A DNA stretch of 64,000 nt, taken from positions 12,448,795 through 12,512,794 of the forward strand of contig NC_092670.1 in NCBI RefSeq assembly GCF_964355755.1, written 5' to 3'. The position numbers and the translations under genes were made by a program. Of the stretch, positions 27,703 to 41,963 are shown piece after piece (positions within the stretch are counted from its first letter, which is position 1; every line of letters begins with the position of its first letter). The notes below the pieces were generated by a model. That model worked only from the letters and a program-made list of their open reading frames with translations, ran no database searches and was not told where the DNA came from. Origin of the DNA: Antedon mediterranea (lineage: Eukaryota; Animalia; Echinodermata).

Positions 27703-29885
27703 AATAATTTTACAAATAAATTTGATAATTACAAAAACAACATAAAAAAAACATGGCAAACAATCAATAATATCTTAGGGAAAAACATCCAAAAGACAAC
27801 AACCACATTTTTTCTAAATGACGACATTAAATTAACTGATCCCATTGAAATTGCTACCAAATTTAATCAATATTTTACTGAAATTGGCCCGAAGCTTGCT
27901 TCAAAAATCCAATCCCACGGTGGAAATTTCTCTGACTTTCTCAACAACCCCACTAAAGACTCTATCTTCTTCTCCCCCACCTCTAGCAAAGAAATTCTCG
28001 ACATCACATCAAAATTCAAAAACGGAAAAAGCTCTGGGCCGGATGACATTGACCCTAAGGTTTTAAAAGATATTGCACCATTTATTGCCGTTCCCTTTAC
28101 TCATATTTTTAATCTTTCTCTTTCTACTGGTATTTTTCCATCCTCCCTAAAAACTACTAAAGTAATCCCCGTTTTCAAAAAGAACGACCCCCATTCTTTC
28201 TCAAACTATCGACCTATCTCTCTCCTACCTTGCTTTTCTAAAATACTAGAACGCATTATCTATGACAGACTTTATCATTTCTTCTCTACCCATAACATTC
28301 TTCAAAACAACCAGTATGGCTTCCGCTTACAACACTCCACTGATCTCGCACTTCTTGACATCCAAAATAAAATTTCTGTCGCACTACCAAAAAAACATCA
28401 CACCATTGGCCTATTCCTCGACCTATCTAAAGCTTTTGACACTATTGACCATTCAATCCTCTTATCTAAACTTAACCACTATGGCATCCGTGGAATTCTA
28501 TTATCCCTAATTACTAACTACCTTCAAGACAGAATGCAATTCACTTCTTTTGATTCTCACTCCTCTGACATCCTTCCTGTTAAATGTGGCGTTCCTCAAG
28601 GTTCTATTCTTGGTCCCCTTCTCTTTCTAATCTACATAAATGATCTGATTTATGCCTCAAACTATTTCTCTTATGTTCTATTTGCAGATGACACTAATAT
28701 CTTTCTCTCCAGCCCAGATCCTAACACTTTAATTCAAACTTTCAAACGAGAAATCCGAAACGTTTCAAACTTGTTTAAAATCAACAAGCTTTCACTAAAC
28801 ATCAGCAAAACAAATTACATTCACTTCCGGAAATAAAAACAATAATAATGCTACAAATACAAATATCTATATCGATAATATACCCATCAAACCAGTTGAC
28901 CACACCCATTTTCTTGGTGTCATTATTGATAATAAACTGAACTGGAATCTCCATATTAATAACATATCAAACAAAATTTCAAGAACTATTGGCATACTAA
29001 AAAAACTTAAATTGACTCTTCCGTCTAAGATCCTTTTTTCTTTATATAATACTCTAATACTTCCACATCTCTCTTACTGCAACATTGCATGGGCAGCCAC
29101 TGACTCAAAACATCAAACTCTCTGTCCATGGACCACCACGGAAACAACCAAAATAGAAAAACTATTCAAACTCCAAAAAAAAAAAAGCCCTTCGCATTTG
29201 CACTCTCTCAAACTACCTCTCACGCTCTAAACCTTTTTTTCACACCCTAAATACCCTAAACATTTTTGACATTAATAAATTGCAAACTGCCCTCTTTATG
29301 TTTAGGTACTCAAATAACAAACTACCATCCACTTTCAACGGTTTCTTCACTAAAAATAACAAACTACACACATATAACACTAGGAACACAAACAACTACG
29401 TTTCCAAAAACTATAACAGTAAGCAAATACTTAACGCTATACTACATACCGGTCCCCTACTCTGGAACTCTCTTAATCCGTCAATAACTAATAGCAAAAC
29501 AAATAATACTCTAAAAATAAACTACAAATCTTATCTAATATCAAAATATAAAGTAAATTAATTATTTTGATCATATTAATAACTTATAATTAAATTTAAT
29601 TAGGCAAATCATATAAATACCGTTTGTCCTTCCTGTCGTGTTTGTATCGTCGTACATGCCCGTCCCTGTCTGTCAGTAGCTAACCTTCACCTTATGCTTA
29701 TTATTATTATTTTTTAACTTTTTTATTCTTTCTGATGGATCCAGGCTTAAAGCCTTTTGGGGTTTAAATGGTATTCTCCAGGCATAATGCAACTATTATT
29801 TACTTAATTTCCAACCATTTGTATCTATTATATTTTGTATATGTTTGCATTATGTGAATAAATTTGAACTTGAACTTGAACTTGA
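27703..29885 (+). mobile_element. 5'-truncated CR1/L2-clade LINE (RT ORF2 with late stop and frameshifts)
   Basis: NYRPISLLPCFSKILER, FLDLSKAFDTIDH, GVPQGSILGPLLFLIYINDL, LFADDT; 3' AATAAA then (TTGAAC)n tail; host intron sequence resumes at about 29886. Confidence 0.9.
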
Positions 29886-30161
29886 AAAGAAATATTGTTA
29901 ATTACAAAAAGACGTCAGCCAATAATACATGTTTGTGGTTAAGTTTCCATTAAAACGTGCTCTTATTTGTTTAATATTATTATTCTAAATGTATTTTTAA
30001 CAACATTTTTATTGGGCTATCGATTTCTTTATCATTGCGCATTTTTCCACAACATCGCATCACGTCAATGCATTTAATATTCAATATTTAACGTCTTATA
30101 GTCACTAACTTGGTTCCCACTCTAGGTCGTAACTTTGATGCAGACTTCCTAAAAGGTCAGA

Positions 30162-30452
30162 ATGCATTGCCCTAATATATTGGTTGTCTTTTTCCTGCCG
30201 TTTGTCGCCAATGTTAATTCGATTGGTACATTCTATACCAATGTTCCTGGTCAGACTCTAGAAGGCTGGAGTTATGAATTAAAAGATATCAGTCGTGTAA
30301 GTTGTTTGCAAGTTTGTTCGAAGAAAACTTATTGCTGGTCGGTTAACTATAGCCCGAAAGATCGAGTTTGTCGAATCAGTAAACGTACACCGCAGGATAC
30401 GTCAGCTACTGTCAAGATAGTTCAAACGCCTGCATTTCTTTACATCGAAAAG
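30162..30452 (+). CDS. PAN-Link array copy 3, exon 1 (signal peptide + PAN)
   Basis: MHCPNILVVFFLPFVANVNSIG...SCLQVCSKKTYCWSVNY...YIEK, donor AAG|GTGAGT. Confidence 0.8.
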
Positions 30453-30873
30453 GTGAGTAAAAACGTTCCATTTCTTCTAAATTACGACAATTGAAAAAAA
30501 AAAATAAAATTCAATCCATGTTATGTAAAACATATCATGAAGGTATAGGAAAAACGTGATAACGTGAAATATATGAAAAAACGTAAAATAAATTTGGATT
30601 AAACTTAAGGACCCGTATTCATTTATTTTTATGGCTTAGTCCAGGACTAGTTAGTCCAGGTTTCATAAATACCATAATAAAGATAGTCCAGGATTATCCT
30701 TAGTCTTGGACTAGTTAGTCCAGGACTAAGGATAGTCCAAGACTAAAGATAGTCCCCTTTCTTGAATACGGGCCAAGATGTTTTTCTGTTTCTTAAATGT
30801 ATTTGCATTTTGTTGAGATATAGAGTTCACTTATTTCCTTTATGTTACTGGACTTTTTTGTATTTTAATAAAG

Positions 30874-30898
30874 GTCTTAGACAGCGACTTCAAAAGAT
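30874..30898 (+). CDS. Copy 3 micro-exon (VLDSDFKR + T)
   Basis: aataaag|GTCTTAGACAGCGACTTCAAAAGAT|gtgagt; AAG acceptor, weaker than the CAG of other copies. Confidence 0.7.
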
Positions 30899-32296
30899 GT
30901 GAGTATTCCCAAATAACTCTTCAAAATGTTTGCAACATAGTTAGGTATTTTTGTAAAAGAAATATTGTTCATTACAAAAAGATATCAGACAATAATATGT
31001 TTGTGGTTAAGTTTCCATTAAGTAAAGTGCTCTTACTTGTTTAATATTATTATTCTAAATGTAATATTAACAACATTTTTATTGGGCCTATCGATTTCTT
31101 TATCACTGCGCATTTTTCCACAACATCGCATTACGTCAATGCATTTAATATTCACTACGGTATTTAACGTCAAGTCACTAAACTTGGTTCGCACAAGTAA
31201 GTTATCCAATGACAAGCGACAGTTGGAATAATCTATCACTTGTGATTGGTAAAAACCCTCCCTCGCTTTTTGTCCTAGTGGGAACCAATCTGTAAGGTTT
31301 TGCTTTCAAATATGTGGCATTTACAAATTTATTTATTTGTATTTTATTTATAGATTTAAAGATGTATTGTCCTCCCGAAAATATAATTATTGACATCTTT
31401 GTTGTTGAATATGCCATTTTAATCTCATATAATAGTTATCCACTTTGACCAAAAAATAGATCAAAACAAAAATTATTTACCTTAAAAATTGTAATTTAAA
31501 GCAAAAAATAGTCAAATTGGCTGCTAGCCAATGGATTTTTGATTGAATTTAACCATTTATTTTGTCATTTTATAAGGGAAAACACTTTTTTTTTTTTCGT
31601 TTTTTTTAATTAAAACTACAAACTAACTTATTCAAAGTCTGGTTTAATTAATCTTCATTTTTCATGTTTTTTTTGGGAAAATACATCTTTAATTGATCTT
31701 GTTGAGCTCATAATTCCTTGTTTTAGTTTTCTTACATTTTACTCGTTACATAGTTACATTCATTGATTATCATTTAGATGAATAAAACGGAATATAATAT
31801 AACTGTTTTCTTACGGAAAAATTAAAATAAACTGCCAATTTCAAATTATCAGTTTTTTTACCGGATATGCCAAATGCCAAAAAAAAAACATATGATCCCA
31901 AAGTGTCCGCGGTGCGTATATTTGAGAGATGGGGTGGTGATTATTCAAAAACGATGTTCTATGAGGGAGGGGGTAGGCGTTTCTTCAAAGCGGGGTGTTT
32001 ACTCGTTTGTTTACTCGTTTACTCGAACCCCATTGACAAAGCCTTACTCTAATATATCTCTACACTAATCATTCACATTTTATACTAATATCAATTAGTT
32101 ACTATCAATTATGTTAATTAACTCGGGCTATCGACGTGGGCAAGAAATAATAATAATAATAATAATAGTTCATTCTTAGCGCATATAAGCAAGCTCTCAA
32201 TGCGCTGAAATCCGGCTTTATTCCCTGTATGTCACTTGACAATTGCATATTGTGTACTTTTCATTTTAACTATATCATAACGTACTTTTTTTTCAG

Positions 32297-33219
32297 ATGG
32301 CATAGTTTACTATTCGACTGAAGTAACATACGATGACGCTTCAGCTATATGTGAAGATAAGCTAGGTTCACTAGCAACATACGAGCAACTCTATGACGCA
32401 TTCGCCGTTGGTACACAGTGTGCTAAAGGATGGCTTGTCAGCAGAGAGATTGCCTTTACAGAAATCTCCGACCCGTGTAAAATGAAACCACCGGTTGAAA
32501 GAAGCAATGTGTTCGTTTGTGGACAGTATCGCTTCGGGTTTTATTGTTTTAGAGAAAGAAACATAGTTTCGAGTACACCTACCACCGATTACATTCCAAA
32601 ATCTCAACGGATAATTAGAATAAGTGAGTCATTGACGACTAAGCTGTATCCTAAAGAGGCAGATCAATGCTGTAGAGATGAATATTCTGGTAGAATGTCT
32701 ACATCATTTGAGGCCTACAATGCTACATACTCAATGAATGTTGATTTTTGTGCTGGTAAAGGTTGGTATGCTGGTGGCCTTGATGGTGATATTTGTAAAA
32801 CAGATAATTCACCATCGAAATACTGGGATCCTATTACGTTAACATTTATGTTTTTAACTGAACCATCTTTAAAACAGTTCAGCTTTTGTTATATTCCTTT
32901 ACACGGAGAGGGTCTAATTTCTCTCCCTGATCCATACCCGCCTCATCGTGTCATAGTCGCGTCTGGAACGGCGGGTGCATGGAGTTACACTTACGAAGAA
33001 GCTATAGCACGGTGCGCGGTCTATGGCGGTACACTTGCAACGCGCACTGAAGTTCAGAACGCCTATAACATGGGTTTAGAGTGTACACGTCAAGGTTGGA
33101 TTAAAGAAGGGTACACGGTGTATGTGTTACAAACATCAAGACCTTGGACAACAAGTACCGGAATCATTATTCCGATTGACCCGCATACTAAATCAGCTGC
33201 TTATTGTTATATACCATAA
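32297..33219 (+). CDS. PAN-Link array copy 3, exon 3; spliced product about 412 aa
   Basis: Acceptor ttttcag|ATGGC at 32296/32297; no stop between 32299 and the ORF-track start at 32482; TAA at 33219. Confidence 0.85.
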
Positions 33220-34238
33220 GGCATACAATTCGCTTTAATGAAAGCATTATCATTTTGCATGACATTGTGGTTCACGGTGCAAGATGACCGTGAACAATTA
33301 ACAAACGAACAGTCCTAGGATCTCCCCTCCTTACAAACATTGCTGTATACAACATGTGAAGCAACTAGAGAGGTTAAGCTTTTAAGTAATAGGAATGGTC
33401 CTTCTCTTTTTAAAATGTATTTCCATTTTTCCACTTTCTTTTCTATTTTTTCTCCAATCTTTTCTTTCTCATTTCCTTTTCTCATTTCTTCTTCCGCGTT
33501 TATTTTTTTTAATTATTTTTATTCGTTTTCCTTTAATCCATTTTGTTCCTGTTTTTTCTTTTCATATTTTTATTTTCCCAATATTTATTTTCTTCCTTAT
33601 TTTTTCTTAATTTTTTCTTCTCCCCTTTCTATTTTTTTGCTATTTTTTTTATTCCTTCTTTCATCTTTTGCTCTTTCTTTTTCTTTTATTTAATTTCAAT
33701 TTTTTTTGAAAATTTATTTTATTTTCTTTTTTTTATATTTCTTTTCTTAATTTTTTTCTCTTTTTCATTTCTTGCCATTTTTTTTCTCTTTATTTTTTTT
33801 CTTTCTTTCTCTTCTTCCCCCTTTTCTCTTCTTCTTTTCTTTTTGTTTTCATTTCTTTAAAAAAAAACGTGTATGTAAGCAGATGATAAATCAAACATTG
33901 CTAATAGAATAATATGCATAGTGTACTGAAATGAAAATGTATTTAGAGATGAGGAACTTATGTATGGAAATAAAAGATGCACATAGATTTAAACCAACCA
34001 CACTGACTTTTTTTTTTCTGGTATGACGGTATAGAATGTTTCATCCAATACGGTAATGGACATTTTCAATAACTTATAGAACCAAACAACTGTTGACTGA
34101 TAGTAATATGGAAATAAACACAGTTTGATTTTCCTTAAGACATTTATGTAATATAATGTTTAATTTATATAGCGCAAAATACAGAGCACCTCTAAGCGGT
34201 GAACAATCATTAGAAAATGTAAGATGAAAGTGAAAATT

Positions 34239-34984
34239 AACAAGGCCAACAGCCATTAAGTCGCGTGCTACAATGCATAGTGATACCGGACCGACCGACA
34301 GACAGACCGACAGACAGACCGACCGACCGACATAGTGAACTATACTGACCGAAATTACTGAACATGTTTAAAAAATGTTGAAATGTTTAAAAACATTTAT
34401 ATTTTTTTAATTTACACGTGCGTAGCCTGTCACTTTTGACGTGCTCGTATAACGTAATTTCGAGTTGAAAAGTAAGTCAAGAAAACAGAAATCGGGCAAA
34501 AAGAGTGCGCAATAACATTTACCGCAAATATGCGCACTCATAGCAATTTTGTAAACGCTTAAAATTGCCTGAAACGTACTCTTATTTCATCGAAAATAAA
34601 TTTTGAAAATTTTAAGCGCGCGTACGCATGCGTTACATGCGCTACGCACGTAATTGTATTGCCATATGATGATTTATGCCCTGAAATTTATGAGTACCAA
34701 ATTTTATTTAATTGATAAATTCATGGTTGTGAAGATATGATTACAAACGTGATTTTGTTAAATCGTGCGTAGACCGCGTAATTTTTTATTGCGCACCGTG
34801 AAAACATAACCACATCGATTCCTGGCCATAAGGAATATACTGTGAAAAATTGACCTAGCTAGATTAAACTGATATCATGATAAGGTCAGAAAGCGATAAA
34901 ACGCATAGTGATACCGGACCGACAGACCGACAGACCGACCGACCGACATAGTGAACTATAGAGTCGCTTCCACGTGACTAAAAA
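34239..34984. mobile_element. Helentron/HINE-like non-autonomous element
   Basis: Starts AACAAGGCCAACAGCC...AGTCGCGTGC, carries (GACC/GACA)n, ends AGAGTCGCTTCCACGTGACTAAAA (short hairpin). Related copies at about 36795-36889, 37736-37896, 55637-56217 and 59087-59204. Confidence 0.6.
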
Positions 34985-36503
34985 TGTGGGATTGGGAGTT
35001 GTTTGAATGTGGCCCGAGTGAGTCGGCTTTCCTGTTTGAGACCAGGAAAAGGCGCATTGTCCACACAATTTTGTTGAATGCCGTGTAGGTATATGCCTGC
35101 AATAATGACCCCAGTGTCCGTTTTGGCTTGTATGGAGAAATGATGTCGGATAGAAATGTTGGAGCCATGTTATGAAGTGATTTAAATGAGATGAATAGAA
35201 TCTTGTACATTACTCTCTTCTCAACTGGCAACCAGTGTAGCTGTTCCAATATTGGTGACATTTTGGGATGCGAAGAACCAGACGGGCAGCAATGTTCTGA
35301 ACACGCTGGACCTTGGCGCTTAACATTTTCTTTCTAATTATCGTATATCTAACATTCTTATCGTAAAAAGACAATATAATTCATGACTGTCTCTACTAAC
35401 TCACTTCCCTTTTACAACATAACAGATGATGATATTCTTCACATATTTAATTTTGTTCTAGATAAAAAAAAACCTACACCGATGATGCTTCTTCAAATTA
35501 TCTTCTCTCCGTTTGATTTTAATCTAAATGATCTAGATACGGATTGTACATTGCGCAGAGTAGAAATACCCTTATCTTCCTATAAATATACTCTTTATTA
35601 TACAGTGCATTAGTATTTCCCTACATTTCTACTGTAAAAATATTGCCTGGTCCGGTTCACTGAAAAAGTTCGGAAACGTATGCCCATGGACAAGCTTCGA
35701 AACCACCAAGAGTCATTCGAATCTGTTCAGTGGGCTGATTTTAACTCTCATTTGATAATGAATATCCTAAATAGTTTTGTCACCAAGTGAGCTAGTTGTA
35801 AACTACATGATTCAATCACTTTTATGTTGGTTCAATGAGGTTTGCTGGTTTTTTTATTAGGTTTGTAGGGGTTTGCGGGGATGGCCCCATTTGATTGGTG
35901 TTCTTTGGACACGTGGTTAGTATATCAAATAAACAATTTATACTGTCATTCAGATGAAAGCATCACACAGTATAGTTCAACAGATCAAAACCATTAGGCA
36001 AACAAATATATCATATACCTGATATTTATTACAGGTCTTCAAAAGAAGATTAATAAAACTACTCTATTTAAAATGATAGATAATTGTTGTAATAGAACTT
36101 TTGTTCATAATACACCAAAGTAAAAATAATTGTTAAGTGGTCTTACTTTACTGTTTTTTTTTTAGTATGTTATTGTTTGAAATATTAACCAATTATTGGT
36201 AGACTGGAAAAGATCAATTATTGACGAACTCAAAAACTTACAAAACTATAACAACTACATTATTATTGTTCTATTACTATATAATCATTCCGTAAAGAAT
36301 CCTCACAAAATGTGAATACATTTATATAAATATCACTATTAAATTGATTGGTTTACACAAGTTATTTTCACTAATGGTTGGTATTGGATGGAATATTTTA
36401 TCTGTCGTCAAATGAAAAATAGATAATAGTTCATAAATGTAATACAACAGAGATCGAAACTCATTCGAGGCTAACTTTGATGCAGACTTCCTAAAACGTC
36501 AGA

Positions 36504-36788
36504 ATGAACAGGCTTACTTTATTGGTTGTCTTTTTTCTGCCGTTTTTCGTCAGTACAATCGGTACATTCTATACTATTGAGCCTGGTCAGATTCTAGAAG
36601 GCTGGAGTTATGAATTAAAAGATATCAGTCGTGTAAGTTGTTTGCAAGTCTGTTCGAAGAAAACGTATTGCTGGTCGGTTAACTATAGCCCGAAAGATCG
36701 TGTTTGTCGAATCAGTAGACGTATACCTCAGGATGCGTCAGCTACTGTCAAGATAGTTCAAACGCCTGCATTTCTTTACATCGAAAAG
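36504..36788 (+). CDS. PAN-Link array copy 4, exon 1 (signal peptide + PAN)
   Basis: MNRLTLLVVFFLPFFVSTIG...YIEK, donor AAG|GTGAGT at 36788/36789. Confidence 0.85.
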
Positions 36789-37341
36789 GTGAGTAACAAG
36801 GCCAACAGCCATCAGTCGCGTGCTAAAACGCTTAGTGATACCGGACCGACAGACAGACCGACAGACCGACCGACATAGTGAACTATAGAATAAATTTTTT
36901 TAAATAAATTTTCAACAAATAAAAACTTGTAATTATAATGTATATTAAGAAAAAATCACCGAGCATGAAAACCATATAATGTACTGTAAACTATATAATG
37001 AAAGTATTGGAAATAGAAAACGTGTTATAATATGAAAATACGTAAAAGAATATTGGTTTAAACTTAAGACGTTTTTCTGTTTCTCAAAGCTCAGCTCAGC
37101 AAACGTAAAAACTACTTTAGTAATCTGCTTGGTACAGGTATAAATTTCAGAAATAAGATATGTTTTGGTTAAATGTACAAATATTACAAGTAATATGTGT
37201 AATGTAACAGATTCCCTCATCTTTATCGTTTCAAATTAATTAATTAAATTTCAGTATATCACCTGGCGGTTTAGAATTAATGTTCTTTGCCTGCTGTGTT
37301 TATATATATTTATATATATATATTGATTCATAAATAGATTC

Positions 37342-37378
<37 letters not shown>

Positions 37379-37402
37379 TAAACATTCATTCATAAACATT
37401 CA

Positions 37403-37439
<37 letters not shown>

Positions 37440-37972
37440 ACCCGAAAAACTGTAATTTAAAGCTAAAAATAGTCAGTCAAAATGTTGGTTGGGTTTGTTG
37501 TTTTTTTATACGTTATACGTTTGTGAAGAAATATTCTTGAAAAACGGGTAAAACTAGAGAAAAAAGTATTATATTACGGTTAAAATAAGGCCTACTGAAA
37601 ACCATATTTTAAAACAAATAATATACTATAAACATAATAATTTGTATTTTTATTTCTATTTTAAAGAATGTACACTTGTATTGTTAATCGATATATTTTG
37701 AGTATGCTTTCTTGAAAAAGAACATTGTAAATTAAACAAGGCCAACAGCCATAAGTCGCGTGCTCTCTGAAAAAATGAACTTTCAAAAAGTAATGTACAT
37801 CAAAACAGTTCAGAAAGTACAGAAAAGCGATAAAACGCATAGTAATACCGGACCGACAGACCGACCGACCGACATAGTGAACTATTGAGACTAAAAACTA
37901 AACATTGTATTAAAAATAGCATAGTTCGCTTATTTTCTTTATGTCACTGACTTTTTTTGTATCTTAATACAG

Positions 37973-37997
37973 GTCTTAGACAGCGACTTCAAAAGAC
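37973..37997 (+). CDS. Copy 4 micro-exon (VLDSDFKR + C)
   Basis: aatacag|GTCTTAGACAGCGACTTCAAAAGAC|gtgagt. Confidence 0.8.
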
Positions 37998-38192
37998 GTG
38001 AGTATTCCCAATTAACTCTTCCAAATGTTTGCAACATAGTTAAGTATTTTTTGTAATAGAACTATTGTTTATTACACTAAAAGATGTCGGGAAATAATAC
38101 ATGTTTGTGGTTAATTAATATCATTTTTCTAAATTTATTCAATTCAATTTCTTTCATTTAGGAAATTTATCCATATCAAAAAACTTTACAAA

Positions 38193-38233
<41 letters not shown>

Positions 38234-38979
38234 GCCTATCGATATCCTCATCACTGCGCATTTTTCCACCACACACATCAATGCAATTAATATATTCACT
38301 AATTTTAACGTCGTCACTAACTTGGTTCCCACTCTAGGCCGTAATGCAAGTGTGTTGACCAATTTGCTAGCGACAGTTTAATCCTTCCAAACACGCAATC
38401 CTTTATACATTTAATTGATCTTGTTGAGCTTATCATTACTTGGCAAAATAGGATTTTGCCAAGTATGTACTTGCTTTGTTTGTTTGTTTGTTAGCACGAT
38501 AGCGCCTACAATTGTCAAGTTATCCTTATAAATTTTTATTCAGTATAAGGTATATATTAACAGAATATACCTATTTCTGTACAAGAGGCAAGAGTTATAA
38601 TTTGTGATTTGAAATTTTAAAACATCATTTGATTTAACGTTTTTTAATACGAGTATAGTTAACAAAAACCCACTTCTTTTCATATTCACCCACTTGTTTG
38701 TGCCTTTTGACAGGCTCGTCATTACACTATAGGGAACAGACCTTTGACTTTTCTTACAATTTTTGTTCTATTGTTAGTCAACTAAAACTATTTTTAGTTG
38801 ATAAATTAATGTTATTCTATTACTATTTGCTGGATTGTTTAGTACCAGCATATGTGTCATTGTTTATTTAATTCTGTACATTTCAGAAAAATTGATAAAT
38901 CGGTCACGGCTTGGTCAATAGCATCATGTGTACAGTATTTGTTTTCATTTTAACTATTTACTAGCATATACTTTTTCAG

Positions 38980-39899
38980 ATGGCATATTGTTCGATTCGA
39001 CTAAAGTAACATACGAGGAAGCTTCTGTCCTTTGTGAAGATAAGCTAGGTTCACTGGCAACGTACGAGCAACTCTATGACGCATTCGCGGATGGTACACA
39101 GTGTGCCAAAGGGTGGCTTATCAGCAGAGAGGTTGCCTTTACAGAAATCTCCGACGCGTGCACAATGAAACCATCGGTTGAACGAAGCAATGTGTTCGTT
39201 TGTGGACAGTATCGCTTTGGGTTTTATTGTTTTAGAGAAAGAAACATAGTTTCGAGTACACCTACCGCCGATTACATTCCAAAATCTCAACGATTAATTA
39301 GAATAAGTGAGTCATTGACAACTAAGCTGTATCCTGAAGAGGCAGATCAATGCTGTAGAGATGATTATTCTGGTAGAATGTCTACGTCATTCGAGGCCTA
39401 CAATGCCACTTACTCAATGAATGTTAATTTTTGTGGTCACGGTTGCTATTCTGGCAGACTTTGTGGTGATATTTGTAAAACAGATAATTCACCATCGAAA
39501 TACTGGGATCCTGAAACGTTAAGTTTTATGTTTTTAAGTGAATCATATTATAAACAATTCAGCTTTTGTTATATCCCTTTACATGGTGAGGGTCCCATTT
39601 CTGCACCTAATCCATACCCGCCTCATCGTGTCGTAGTCGCACTTGGAACGGCGGGTGCATGGAGTTACACCTACGATATCGCTATAGCCAAGTGCAAAGA
39701 CTATGGCGGTAGACTTGCAACGCGCGCTGAAGTTCAGTACGCATATAACATGGGTTTAGAGTCTATACGTGGAGGTTGGATTGAAGAAGGGGATAAGGTG
39801 TATGTGTTACAAAGATCAAGGTCTTGGGAAAGCAGAACCGGAATCATCACTTTTGAGGATTACCGTGCCGAATCATCTGCTTATTGTTATATACCATAA
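38980..39899 (+). CDS. PAN-Link array copy 4, exon 3; spliced product about 409 aa
   Basis: Acceptor ctttttcag|ATGGC at 38979/38980; open to TAA 39899. Confidence 0.85.
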
Positions 39900-40145
39900 G
39901 GCATACAATTAGCTTTAATGAAAGCACTATTGAGATTTTCTCACCATCTCCTAGGTTATGTTGTTCACTCTGGCACGTTTTGTTATCCGCTTGAAAAGAT
40001 GTTTTCATGTCAAAAAATCAATTAAAAAATAGTTAATATTTTCTGCATAATACAGATCTAATTGACTATTACTGTATAATTATTAACTCTCTAACATGCA
40101 ATAACTAGTATTCATAGTAACCACTAAGGTGCAGTCATTCATATT

Positions 40146-40440
40146 GAGGACGTTTGGCGCAGGTGCAGGCGAAGTTCGAATCCAACTCTCGCCGCATTGC
40201 TTGTATCCTTAGGCAAGATACTTTACTTACGTTTGCCTCTCTCCACCCAGGTGTATAAATAGGTACCCGGTTAGATCAAGACACAACTTTGCGCTGATTA
40301 CTACGTGCATTATGGGAGTATGTTTCCATACGTATTTGATCCAAAAAATGACTGGGGTAATAATGTTCAGACCTTAGAGAAGCTTGCTTGTAGACCGCTA
40401 TAAGAATGAACTATTATTATTATTATTATTATTATTATTA
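40146..40440 (+). mobile_element. tRNA-derived SINE (CORE/V-like central domain)
   Basis: B-box-like gttcgaatcc, then tccttaggcaagatactt...ctctccacccaggtgtataaataggtac, ending cgctataagaatgaac(TAT)n. Confidence 0.6.
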
Positions 40441-41963
40441 CTGCCCTGCCATTAACCAGTGTGTTGATTGTCACTATGTTCTGAGACGTTTGTTCAAATA
40501 TTAGGTTACATTCTAAAAAGCTTATATTATACTTTATGCTGTATATATTATTATTCATATGTAAGGTTATGTTAGGTTTGCAGAGTTTGTGGGGATGGCC
40601 CCATTTGATTGGTGTTCTTTGGACATGTGGTTAGTATATCAAATGAACAATTTATACTGTCATTCAGAGGAAAAATAGCATCATACAGTATAGTTCAAAT
40701 ACATATATCAAAAATAGATCAAAACCATTAGGTTTGATGGAGGCAAACAAATGTATCATATACCCTGGTATTTATTACAGGTTTTCAAAAGAAGGTTAAT
40801 AAACTACAGTACTCTATTTAAAATGTAAAATAATTGTTGTAATAATAACATAGTAAAAATAATTGTTAAGTGGTCTTAGTTTACTGTTTTTTTATTATGT
40901 TATTGTTTGAAATGTTACAATATTATTGGTAGCGTGGAGCAGATTAATTATTGACGCACTAAAAACTTACAAAACTATATAACAACTACATTTTAATTGT
41001 TCTATTATTGTTATAAATCATTCTGTAAATAAACCTCCTCAGAAAATGTGTATACATTTATATACTATACACTATTACATTTATTGGTTTAGTTATTTTC
41101 TCTAATGGTTGGTATTGGAGGGAATATTTTATCTGTCGTCAAATGAAAAATAGCCTTATAGCTTAAAATGTAATACAACAGAGATCGAAACTCATTCGAG
41201 GCTAACTTTGATGCAGACTTCCTAAAACGTCAGAATGCACAGGCTTACTTTATTGGTCGTTTTTTTTTTCTGCCGTTTTTCGTCAGTACAATCGGTAAAT
41301 TCTATACTAATGTTCCTGGTCAGACTCTAGAAGGCTGGAGTTATGAATTAAAAGATATCGGTCGTGTAAGTTGTTTGCAAGTCTGTTCGAAGAAAACGTA
41401 TTGCTGGTCGATTAACTATAGCCCGAAAGATCGTGTTTGTCGAATCAGTAGACGTACACCTCAGGATACGTCAGCTACTGTCAAGATAGTTCAAACGTCT
41501 GCATTTCTTTACATCGAAAAGGTAAGTAAAAACGTTCATTTTTTTTTATAAATTACGACAAATAAAAACTTGTAATTATAATGTATATTAAGAAAATCAC
41601 TGAGCATGAAAACCATATAATGTAGAGTAAACTAGGTTTTAAAAAATAAGAAAAAAAGGAAAAAAAAAGAAAGTATTGGAAACAGAAAAACGTGTTATAA
41701 TATGAAAATACGTAAAAGAATATTGGTTTAAACTTAAAATGTTTTTCTGTTTCTTAAAGCTCAGCTCAGCAAAACGTAAAAACTACTATAATTAATCTGC
41801 TTGGTACAGATATACATTCCAGAAATAAGATATGTTTTGGTTAAATGTACAAACATTACAAGTAATAATGTGTAATGTAACAGAATGATAAATAATATCA
41901 AATATGAATTTATCTTTTATTATTAAATACAGAATTTACATTAGTCTTTGGAGGTTGGAGCCT

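Noticed and set aside
40146-40200. tRNA-like sequence with GTTCGAATCC
   Set aside because: No complete cloverleaf; it is the head of a SINE.
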